Assembly (NCBI GenBank): GCA_035495255.1
Contig: DATJGD010000074.1
Span: forward strand, 318 to 64,317
Length of the DNA stretch: 64,000 bases
Source of the DNA: Bacteroidota bacterium
GTDB lineage: Bacteria > Bacteroidota > Ignavibacteria > UBA10030 > SZUA-254
Direction of reading: 5' to 3'
The translations under genes were made by a program, and so were the position numbers. The notes below the pieces were generated by a model, which saw only the letters and a list, made by a program, of their open reading frames with translations, was not told where the DNA came from and did no database searches. Of the stretch, positions 56,660-64,000 are shown piece by piece; position 1 is the first letter of the stretch, and each line of letters begins with the position of its first letter.

Positions 56660-57928
56660 TTGAAGTTCAAATCAGTTAAAGGCACGAAGGATGTTTTGCC
56701 GGAGGAGTCGCATCGGTGGCAAGCCGCCGAGCAGGCGATCCGTTCGGTCATGCACGCGTTCAACTATAAAGAGATCCGCACCCCCGTTTTCGAGGAGACC
56801 GCGCTCTTTGCCCGCGGTATCGGCGAACTCACCGACATCGTTGGGAAAGAAATGTACACCTTCATCGACCGGAGCGAGACGAGCCTCACCCTGAAGCCCG
56901 AAATGACCGCCTCGGTCATCCGCGCCTACATCCAGCACAACCTCGGGGAACTACAACCGCTCACAAAAGTGTATTATCTTTCACCGATGTTTCGCCAGGA
57001 GCGTCCCCAGGCGGGGCGTTTGAGGCAGTTTCACCAATTCGGGGCTGAGGCAATCGGCGGACCGAATGCCGAAATCGACGCCGAATGCATCGCACTTGCC
57101 GTCGCAGTTTACGAGAAATTGGGAGTGAAAAACTTTACCCTGAAAGTCAATTCCGTCGGATGCGAAAAATGCCGTCCGGCCTACAAGGAAAAGCTTGTCG
57201 CGTTTCTGCGCGGTGTGCAGGACAAGCTGTCCCCGGAGAGCAGGGAACGGCTTGAACAGAATCCGCTGAGGGTACTCGATTCCAAGGATGAAGGCGACAA
57301 CGCGCTTACCAGGAATGCGCCGCTCATGAAAGACAATTTGTGTGAAGAGTGTGCGAACCATTTTAGCCGGCTGTTATCCGGGCTGACGTCGCTGGGGCTT
57401 AGTCACGAAGTAGATGGGAGAATCGTCCGCGGTCTGGATTACTATACAAAGACAGCATTTGAAATAATCACGGGAGACCTTGGATCCCAGGATGCGCTCG
57501 CCGGCGGTGGACGGTACGACCTTCTCACGGCACAGCTTGGCGGAAAGCCGACGCCTGCAGTGGGATTCGCCGCGGGCATCGAACGCCTCCTCATGGTTAT
57601 GGAAAAACAGCAGCTGATCGCTTCTAACGACATCCGGCCTGTTCTATTTATAGCAGGTGCCGACGACGAGGGACGCACGTGGGCAAGATCGAAAGCGTTC
57701 GAACTTCGCCGCGCAGGGATTGCGTGTGAAACCGATCTCCTGGGCAGAAGCCTGAAGGCGCAGATGCGTGAAGCCGACCGGCAGAAGGCGCAATTTGTGG
57801 CTGTCGTGGGGAGCCAGGAGCTTCAGCAACAACAGGTTACTCTGAAGAACATGTCGTCGGGAGACCAGACGACCGTTGCAACCGACAATCTGTCAGCGGA
57901 ACTTCAACACAGGGCCGATTCGAAATGA
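56660..57928 (+). CDS. hisS: histidine--tRNA ligase
   Basis: MKFKSVKGTKDVLPEES..; class II motifs and HisA/HisB regions; 422 aa. Confidence 0.93.
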   Translation: MKFKSVKGTKDVLPEESHRWQAAEQAIRSVMHAFNYKEIRTPVFEETALFARGIGELTDIVGKEMYTFIDRSETSLTLKPEMTASVIRAYIQHNLGELQPLTKVYYLSPMFRQERPQAGRLRQFHQFGAEAIGGPNAEIDAECIALAVAVYEKLGVKNFTLKVNSVGCEKCRPAYKEKLVAFLRGVQDKLSPESRERLEQNPLRVLDSKDEGDNALTRNAPLMKDNLCEECANHFSRLLSGLTSLGLSHEVDGRIVRGLDYYTKTAFEIITGDLGSQDALAGGGRYDLLTAQLGGKPTPAVGFAAGIERLLMVMEKQQLIASNDIRPVLFIAGADDEGRTWARSKAFELRRAGIACETDLLGRSLKAQMREADRQKAQFVAVVGSQELQQQQVTLKNMSSGDQTTVATDNLSAELQHRADSK

Positions 57929-58335
57929 AAAAAGGCAAACGCGTTAAGCCGAAATTTCCGATCGAGTACAGGGTCCTCATGCTCCAGCAGCTGGATGACC
58001 GCGAAAAAGAAATCGTCACGATGGTCGCGATTCGCACAACCATCGAGTTCAAAAATTTTCTCTACGAAATCATCGTGGAACCAATCGTCGAGGACCGCAC
58101 GTTACACCTGAAGATACGCGGCCTGCGCGCGCCTCAGGTCACCATCCCGGGAACCGGTCCCGCAAAGTTCTCGACGACATTCAGCAAACTGAGCGGCAAC
58201 TACAACCTGATTATCGCAAAACCAAACGGAGAAGAAAACACCTTCGGCGTCGCGATCTCGAAAGACCTCGTGACGGTGGAACCGAATCCCCATAAGAAAT
58301 TCGTTGATGTCGTCACCAAGGAAGAAGAGTGGTGA
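57925..58335 (+). CDS. hypothetical protein
   Basis: 136 aa, ATGA overlap with hisS; no recognisable motif. Confidence 0.45.
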   Translation: MKKGKRVKPKFPIEYRVLMLQQLDDREKEIVTMVAIRTTIEFKNFLYEIIVEPIVEDRTLHLKIRGLRAPQVTIPGTGPAKFSTTFSKLSGNYNLIIAKPNGEENTFGVAISKDLVTVEPNPHKKFVDVVTKEEEW

Positions 58336-58361
58336 TGTTGAGTAATCATTCCTGACCCGCA

Positions 58362-59192
58362 GTGTATCCTGTCCTTTTCAAAATAGGCCCCATTTCCATC
58401 TACAGCTTCGGGCTGATGATGGGCCTCGGTTTTCTGACAGCGAGCTACATTCTCACAAAAGAGCTCCGCCGAAAGGAAATGGATCCGAACCTCGGCAATA
58501 CCATCACATTGCTCGCGCTAATTTTCGGCATCGTCGGATCAAAGGTGCTGTTTCTGCTGGAAAATTGGTCTGATTTTTCACGCGATCCGAGCATAGCATT
58601 TTCACCGGGAGGACTGACCTGGTACGGCGGTCTCATTCTGGCAACAGTCGTAATATTCTACTACACGCGTAAGCGAGGCCTGCCGTTTCTGAAGATTTGC
58701 GATGCCTCGGCACCGGCACTCATGCTTGGATATGGCGTCGCGCGCATAGGCTGTCATCTTGCCGGAGACGGCGATTACGGAATGCCGTCTGATCTTCCGT
58801 GGGCCACGGTGTATGCCAAAGGGACATATCCTCCGTCCATTGCGTTCAGGGATTTTCCCGATATCGTGCAGAAATACGGCGTTAACGGCGTCGTCCCCGA
58901 TACGATTCCGGTGCACCCCGCCCCGCTCTATGAATTTATTATGGCGGTTTTGTTGTTCACACTGTTATGGAAGCTGAGAAAACGGGCGTATCCTGACGGC
59001 AAACTATTCATGATCTATCTCCTTCTTTCAGGAGCCGCGCGATTTTTGGTGGAGTTCATCCGCGTCAATCCAAGAATCTTGATGGGCCTCTCCGAAGCAC
59101 AACTCATCGCCCTTAGTATGATCGTTATCGGGATCTTCGGCATCTCTGCGCTTTCGAAAAAGTCTCCGGACCCCGGGGTTGCAGCCCGATGA
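58362..59192 (+). CDS. lgt: prolipoprotein diacylglyceryl transferase
   Basis: MYPVLFKIGPISIYSFGLMMGLGFL.., conserved Lgt signature GAARFLVEFIR. Confidence 0.9.
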   Translation: MYPVLFKIGPISIYSFGLMMGLGFLTASYILTKELRRKEMDPNLGNTITLLALIFGIVGSKVLFLLENWSDFSRDPSIAFSPGGLTWYGGLILATVVIFYYTRKRGLPFLKICDASAPALMLGYGVARIGCHLAGDGDYGMPSDLPWATVYAKGTYPPSIAFRDFPDIVQKYGVNGVVPDTIPVHPAPLYEFIMAVLLFTLLWKLRKRAYPDGKLFMIYLLLSGAARFLVEFIRVNPRILMGLSEAQLIALSMIVIGIFGISALSKKSPDPGVAAR

Positions 59193-59428
59193 ACCTGGTA
59201 GAACTTTATTCGAAAGACGATTGCCCTCTTTGCGATGTCGCGAGGGAGGTTCTGGTGAACATTCAGCAGAAGTACCCCTTTGAGCTGAAGATCGTGAAGA
59301 TTCATGATGGGGATCCGGCGTACGACCGGTTCAAGGAACGCATCCCTGTCATCCATATTAACGGGAAATTCGCGTTCCAGTACAAAGTATCGGAGCACGA
59401 TTTTATTACGAAATTGCAAACCGCCTGA
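59189..59428 (+). CDS. glutaredoxin-like small redox protein
   Basis: 79 aa, CPLC active-site motif, thioredoxin-fold pattern; ATGA overlap with lgt. Confidence 0.6.
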   Translation: MNLVELYSKDDCPLCDVAREVLVNIQQKYPFELKIVKIHDGDPAYDRFKERIPVIHINGKFAFQYKVSEHDFITKLQTA

Positions 59429-59625
59429 TGACCCTGCAGCAGAAGGCGTTCCTGGCAAAGGGACTGGAAGCGGTCGGCATCGCAGCCGTTATGATAGGCC
59501 TGATTCAGGGCGTGTACGGAAACGATCAGTGGGGCGAGCTGTATTTCTTTCTTGGAGGTATGCTTGTGTTTTTTATTGGGAGACGCATGGAAAAGAGACT
59601 CGAGCGGCAAAGTGTGAAACAATAG
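59428..59625 (+). CDS. small hypothetical membrane protein
   Basis: 65 aa with two hydrophobic helices; TGATG overlap with the previous gene. Confidence 0.3.
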   Translation: MTLQQKAFLAKGLEAVGIAAVMIGLIQGVYGNDQWGELYFFLGGMLVFFIGRRMEKRLERQSVKQ

Positions 59626-59657
59626 ACAACCTATGACTTATTATCAACGAGGAACAT

Positions 59658-60479
59658 ATGTACGAACCACAAGCGAACGAAGCAACAGTCGAAAAAGAAT
59701 TTGTCAATCCCTTACGAGTGATACACGATAGGAAACCCTCGGCGAATATTATCGCCGGCAGGCAGCCGGTGATCGAGGCGCTCCGCGCGGGAACAACGAT
59801 CATCGAAAAGGTCGTCATCCTGGCAGGCGTCAAGGGCGGAATTATTGAAAAGATCAAGCAGATGGCGAAACGTAACCGCGTCCCCGTCGTCGAGGTTGGA
59901 AAGCAAAAGTTCCGGGATCTCGTGAGCGATACGACGACGCAGGGCGTCGTGGCAATCGTCGGGACAAAGACCTATGTCGAGATCGACACACTTCTCGATA
60001 TCGCGAAGGAACGGAACGAACCGGCGTTTATTTTGATCTTAGACGAGATTGAAGATCCACACAACCTCGGCGCGCTCATCCGGACTGGGGAATGCGCGGG
60101 CATCCACGGCGCCGTCATCCCGAAGCACCATGCCGCCTCCGTAAATCAGACGGTCGCCAAAACATCGGCCGGAGCGAGCGAACATGTTCCGGTGGCAAAG
60201 GTGACGAACATCGCAAACACGATCGATGAGCTTAAGGAGCAGGGTGTCTGGACGGTCGGATTGGATCCTGAGGCTGAGAAAACGTATACAGAAATCGATT
60301 ACTCTTCACCCATTGCCATTGTCATCGGCAACGAGGGAAAAGGTATCCGCCAGTTGGTCCGGGAAAAGTGTGATTTTCTTGCGAAGATTCCGGTGTTCGG
60401 GCAGGTTGATTCTCTGAATGCGTCGGTCGCGGGCGCTCTCGTCATGTACGAGGTGGTAAGACGAAGAAAGAAATTGTAG
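59658..60479 (+). CDS. rlmB: TrmH/SpoU-family 23S rRNA 2'-O-methyltransferase (RlmB-like)
   Basis: N-terminal L30e-like domain, SpoU motifs ILDEIEDPHNLGALIRT and IVIGNEGKGIRQLV. Confidence 0.8.
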   Translation: MYEPQANEATVEKEFVNPLRVIHDRKPSANIIAGRQPVIEALRAGTTIIEKVVILAGVKGGIIEKIKQMAKRNRVPVVEVGKQKFRDLVSDTTTQGVVAIVGTKTYVEIDTLLDIAKERNEPAFILILDEIEDPHNLGALIRTGECAGIHGAVIPKHHAASVNQTVAKTSAGASEHVPVAKVTNIANTIDELKEQGVWTVGLDPEAEKTYTEIDYSSPIAIVIGNEGKGIRQLVREKCDFLAKIPVFGQVDSLNASVAGALVMYEVVRRRKKL

Positions 60480-60506
60480 GACTAACTTGTAAGCTCAATT
60501 ACAACA

Positions 60507-60538
60507 AAGCCCTGGCTTGCGAGCCGGGGCTTTCTGTT
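60507..60538. terminator. possible bidirectional terminator between convergent rlmB and the sigma54 activator
   Basis: AGCCCTGGC-TTGCGA-GCCGGGGCT hairpin (one G:U pair) followed by TTCTGTT. Confidence 0.4.
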
Positions 60539-60572
60539 ATTATCACACTCTCAATGATAGTGTCCGCAGAAG

Positions 60573-61934
60573 TTACTCTCCACCCGACTTCCCTTCCCTT
60601 TCAAGTCCGAACTTCTTAATCTTCGTATAAAGGTGGCTTCGTTCCATCTCAAGCGCCTCGGCAGTCTTTGAAACGTTCCAGTTGTGCTGCTCAAGCTGAT
60701 GCTTGATAAACGCCGCCTCTGCCCTGTCCTTAAATTCCTGGAACGAATGGCTGGTATAGATAATCCCGCCTACTTCATCTTCGTTCTTCGCTGAGGGGTT
60801 TTCCGCGTCCGCGCTTTCTATGGTATCCCCGGCCGCCATGATGACCATCCGTTCGACGACGTTTCGTAGTTCGCGGACGTTGCCGTTCCAGTCTTTGTTG
60901 ATCAGCGCGTCCATTGTCTCCGGGGCAACCCGTTTCTTGGGGATCCCGTTGCGGGCGCATACTTCCTCCACGAACGCGCCGACGAGCACGGCAATGTCCT
61001 CCCGGCGCTCGCGCAGAGGCGGAATGAAGATCGGGATAACATTTAATCGATGATAGAGATCGTCTCTGAACTTGCCCAGCTTAATTTCTTCCGGAAGGTT
61101 CTTGTTTGTCGCGGCGATGACGCGGACATCGACGGGGATCGTCTTGTTTCCTCCGACGCGCTCGACCTTTCCTTCTTCCAGCACGCGGAGAACTTTCGCC
61201 TGCGCCTGCATGCTCATATCGCCGATTTCGTCAAGGAAGATTGTGCCGCCATCGGCCTGCTCAAACTTCCCGATCCGTTGCGCAGTCGCGCCGGTAAACG
61301 AGCCCTTTTCGTGGCCGAAAAGTTCAGATTCGATAAGCTCGGAGGGGATCGCTGCGCAATTGACCTCGACGAGCACCTTGTTGGCACGCTTGCTTCCCCT
61401 ATGAATAGCCTTTGCAACGAGTTCTTTGCCGGTTCCGCTCTCTCCCGTGATGAGTACCCGGGCATCGGTTGGGGCGACGCGTTGGATGAGTTTCAGAATT
61501 TCCTTAATCTTGGCGCTTTCCCCCAAGATCATTTCTTTCGCGCGAAGCTGTTTGATCTCCGAAGCGAGCTGGCGGTGTTCGAGGCTATTGCGCAGGGTAA
61601 TAAGCAGCTTGTCGCGGTCAAGGGGTTTCGCCAGGTAGTCAAAGGCACCCAACTTCGTGGCTTCAACCGCCGTATCGAACGTCCCGTGCCCTGAAATCAT
61701 GATCACCGGTACGTCAGGATTGATTTGTTTGATCTCCTTCAACACCTCGATGCCGTCTTTTCCCGGAGGCATCTTGATGTCCAGTAAGACCGCATCAAAC
61801 GTATGCTCGCGAAACTCCGAGATGGCCTTACTGCCATCCTCCGCGAACATGACCTGGTACTTTTCGTACTCCAGGATCATCTTCAGGGAATCGCGAATGC
61901 CCTTCTCGTCGTCCGCCACTAGAATCATTTTCAT
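60573..61934 (-). CDS. sigma54-dependent Fis-family response regulator (NtrC-like)
   Basis: receiver (ILVADDEKGIRDS..LLDIKMP), sigma54 AAA+ (Walker A GESGTGKE, GAFTGA loop as GSFTGA), C-terminal Fis HTH; ATG at 61934 (ORF-track TTG at 61952). Confidence 0.88.
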   Translation of the reverse strand: MKMILVADDEKGIRDSLKMILEYEKYQVMFAEDGSKAISEFREHTFDAVLLDIKMPPGKDGIEVLKEIKQINPDVPVIMISGHGTFDTAVEATKLGAFDYLAKPLDRDKLLITLRNSLEHRQLASEIKQLRAKEMILGESAKIKEILKLIQRVAPTDARVLITGESGTGKELVAKAIHRGSKRANKVLVEVNCAAIPSELIESELFGHEKGSFTGATAQRIGKFEQADGGTIFLDEIGDMSMQAQAKVLRVLEEGKVERVGGNKTIPVDVRVIAATNKNLPEEIKLGKFRDDLYHRLNVIPIFIPPLRERREDIAVLVGAFVEEVCARNGIPKKRVAPETMDALINKDWNGNVRELRNVVERMVIMAAGDTIESADAENPSAKNEDEVGGIIYTSHSFQEFKDRAEAAFIKHQLEQHNWNVSKTAEALEMERSHLYTKIKKFGLEREGKSGGE

Positions 61935-62704
61935 TACCACACTCCCGCACAAAGTGGAACGTTGTTAACCATCATAGCTGAGCCCGGCTTACCGCTCACC
62001 AGCGGCGTTATAATAAATGTTGATGGGAAGCAGAGATTGTTTTCGAGTAACGCGACGCCAAAATCCTGTCCCTGCCGGTCGGATCTCAGGTCCCGATCGT
62101 CGTTTATCCCTCCGACGATGATCGCCTCTTCTCCCTGCTCGACAAATTCTCCGAACCGCATCGAGGCGTTTCGGGATTCAAACACGACTGTCAGAAATGC
62201 CGATCCAAAAAAATGCTGCAGCTTGTCACGATCTCCCGATTCCGTTCTCGGCCCGTCTTCGTAGAGCTTCACCGGCAAATGGCTCAGTCTCCGCTCAAAC
62301 TCCTCTTCGGATTCATTTGACAGAGGGAAATAAAAACTTAGTATCGGCACATTGAGGCCGACATACCTGTGGTCGAAACAGGCGATCGTCGAAATCAGAA
62401 GCGCAAGAGCCGTATTATTGTTCGTCATCTGCATGGCGCGGACGTAGATCGCGTCGACCGCCTTGCGGTCGCCGAACTGGCCGCGGATGCGCCGGAATGC
62501 CGCACTGCGGATAAAGTCTTTCAGCTCCATGCCGTGCTGAATAAAGAACGGCGGAAAATAGGAATACAGGCAGCTGAGCGGCGCGGGATCTTCGAACCGG
62601 AAGTAGCGCGCCAGCACATCCTTTCGCGGCAGCGGTTTCGCAACAATTGAACTGGAGTCACCCACGCACAAAACTGCAACCAGGATGAAGTATGCCGCTC
62701 GCAT
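61934..62704 (-). CDS. hypothetical exported protein
   Basis: MRAAYFILVAVLCVGDSSS signal peptide; TAATG overlap with the downstream sigma54 activator gene. Confidence 0.45.
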   Translation of the reverse strand: MRAAYFILVAVLCVGDSSSIVAKPLPRKDVLARYFRFEDPAPLSCLYSYFPPFFIQHGMELKDFIRSAAFRRIRGQFGDRKAVDAIYVRAMQMTNNNTALALLISTIACFDHRYVGLNVPILSFYFPLSNESEEEFERRLSHLPVKLYEDGPRTESGDRDKLQHFFGSAFLTVVFESRNASMRFGEFVEQGEEAIIVGGINDDRDLRSDRQGQDFGVALLENNLCFPSTFIITPLVSGKPGSAMMVNNVPLCAGVW

Positions 62705-62706
62705 GG

Positions 62707-64000
62707 CTAAACCTGGATAACACCGGGATTGAAATGAGGCATGTGCGGATTGTTCGAGGCAATCTCGATGCACCGGGAGATATAATGCCGCGTATCGACC
62801 GGGTCGATGATCTCATCTACCCAGAGCCTCGCGGCCGCGAACAACGGATCAAGCTCGCTCTCGTACTTGCCGGAGATTTCTTTCAGAAGCTTTTCCTGCT
62901 CCGCCTGGGAAATGTCCTTTCCGGATTTTGAGGACATCTGCTGGAGCTTGATGCTTAAAAGCGTTTCGCTCGCCTGTTTTCCTCCCATGACGGCGATCTG
63001 CGCAGTCGGCCATCCAAAGATGAAACGCGGATCGTACGCTTTCCCGCACATCGCATAGTTGCCGGCGCCGTAGCTGTTTCCGACAATGCAGGTGATCTTC
63101 GGGACGACGCTGTTGGCGACGGCATTCACCATCTTCGCGCCGTCTTTTATGATTCCTCCCTGCTCTGCCCGTGTACCGACCATGAATCCCGCGACGTCCT
63201 GGAAAAACACCAGTGGGATTTTCTTCTGGTTGCAGTTCAATATAAACCGGGCTCCTTTGTCGGCGCTTTCGCTATAGATTACTCCCCCGACCTGCATTTC
63301 TCCTTTTTTGGTCTTTGTCACCAGCCGCTGATTCGCGACGATCCCGACGGCCCAGCCGTCGATGCGCGCGTACGCAGTGATGATCGTCTTGCCGTAGCTT
63401 GCTTTGTATTCATCCAGCTCGCTGTTGTCGACAATCCGCGCGAGGATCTGATGCATGTCGTACGGTTTGGCGCGGTCAGGCGGCATGATTCCATAAATAT
63501 CGGTTGGCGGAAAGAGCGGGGGCTTTGACGCAATCCGGTCGAAGCCTGCCTTCTCGTTCGCTCCAAGCTTGCTGATGATGCTCCGTATCGTCTCGAGGCA
63601 CACTTCGTCGTTCGGCATTTTATAATCTGTGACGCCGCTAATTTCGGAGTGCATCTCCGCGCCGCCAAGCTTCTCACTATCGGCATCTTCTCCGATAGCT
63701 GCCTTCACAAGGAACGGCCCGGCAAGAAATACACTTCCCGTTTTGTCGACGATCATTGCTTCGTCGCTCATGATCGGCAAATACGCTCCCCCTGCCACAC
63801 ACGGCCCCATAATTGCCGCGATCTGCGTGATTCCCATAGAAGACATAACCGCATTGTTGCGAAATATTCTCCCGAAGTGCTCTTTGTCCGGAAAAATCTC
63901 GCTTTGGAGAGGGAGAAATACCCCCGCGGAATCGACAAGATAGACGATCGGCAGCCGATTCTCCATGGAGATTTCCTGGGCACGCAGATTCTTCTTGCAG
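62707..64000 (-). CDS. acyl-CoA carboxylase carboxyltransferase subunit (propionyl-CoA carboxylase beta / methylmalonyl-CoA carboxyltransferase family), 5' end beyond window
   Basis: LPIVYLVDSAGVFLP, MGPCVAGGAYLP, second CT lobe ..GWPTAQIAVMGG..; reading frame remains open upstream of 63966 to the window edge. Confidence 0.8.
   Translation of the reverse strand, partial: CKKNLRAQEISMENRLPIVYLVDSAGVFLPLQSEIFPDKEHFGRIFRNNAVMSSMGITQIAAIMGPCVAGGAYLPIMSDEAMIVDKTGSVFLAGPFLVKAAIGEDADSEKLGGAEMHSEISGVTDYKMPNDEVCLETIRSIISKLGANEKAGFDRIASKPPLFPPTDIYGIMPPDRAKPYDMHQILARIVDNSELDEYKASYGKTIITAYARIDGWAVGIVANQRLVTKTKKGEMQVGGVIYSESADKGARFILNCNQKKIPLVFFQDVAGFMVGTRAEQGGIIKDGAKMVNAVANSVVPKITCIVGNSYGAGNYAMCGKAYDPRFIFGWPTAQIAVMGGKQASETLLSIKLQQMSSKSGKDISQAEQEKLLKEISGKYESELDPLFAAARLWVDEIIDPVDTRHYISRCIEIASNNPHMPHFNPGVIQV

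Overview
This 64-kb window is a chromosomal segment of a moderately GC-rich (roughly mid-50s % by eye) bacterium from the Fibrobacteres-Chlorobi-Bacteroidetes (FCB) supergroup, assigned by the type IX secretion (T9SS) C-terminal sorting domains of the form NYPNPFNPTTTI..K(K/R)M(L/V)L(V/L)(K/R). Several genes are preceded by canonical sigma70-type TTGACA-N17-TATAAT promoters. The left 19.5 kb is an accessory-looking block of huge secreted proteins: Asp-box (BNR) beta-propellers, two 1100-1200-aa MAM-like/SdrD-B-repeat T9SS cargo paralogs, a sialidase-like T9SS cargo and an S46 dipeptidyl-peptidase. This block is organised as a duplicated two-gene module, and three of the proteins share an unannotated C-terminal duplicated GWN..GYWVK module. 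The block is followed by a YbhGFSR-like ABC-2 efflux operon with a ParE/Phd toxin-antitoxin pair inserted between the two permease genes, an M24 aminopeptidase and three tandem CheY-like receivers. The most interesting locus is an SOS island at 28.3-34.0 kb. A lexA gene carries a perfect sigma70 promoter and an inverted repeat GGTATAC-N4-GTATACC over the +1 region. It is followed by a DUF72 gene, a divergent SRAP (abasic-site sensing) gene, an ImuA/SulA-like RecA-fold protein, a translationally coupled 93-aa ORF, and an E. coli Pol II-like family-B DNA polymerase. The proofreading Exo I/III motifs of this polymerase are mutated and its motif C is atypical. Together these look like a candidate, apparently undescribed LexA-controlled mutagenic translesion cassette of the type ImuA-like-small ORF-PolB(exo-). 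The rest of the window is housekeeping: groES/groEL, rsmI, nadE, a propeller-type sensor kinase/NarL pair, purB, htrA, split transketolase, plsY, larB, CBS/CGL transsulfuration, ptsN, hisS, lgt, rlmB, a sigma54 activator and a 5'-truncated acyl-CoA carboxyltransferase. One exception is a lysine-epsilon-amine oxidation cluster: lysine 6-aminotransferase, a secreted lysyl-oxidase homolog and an aldehyde dehydrogenase.
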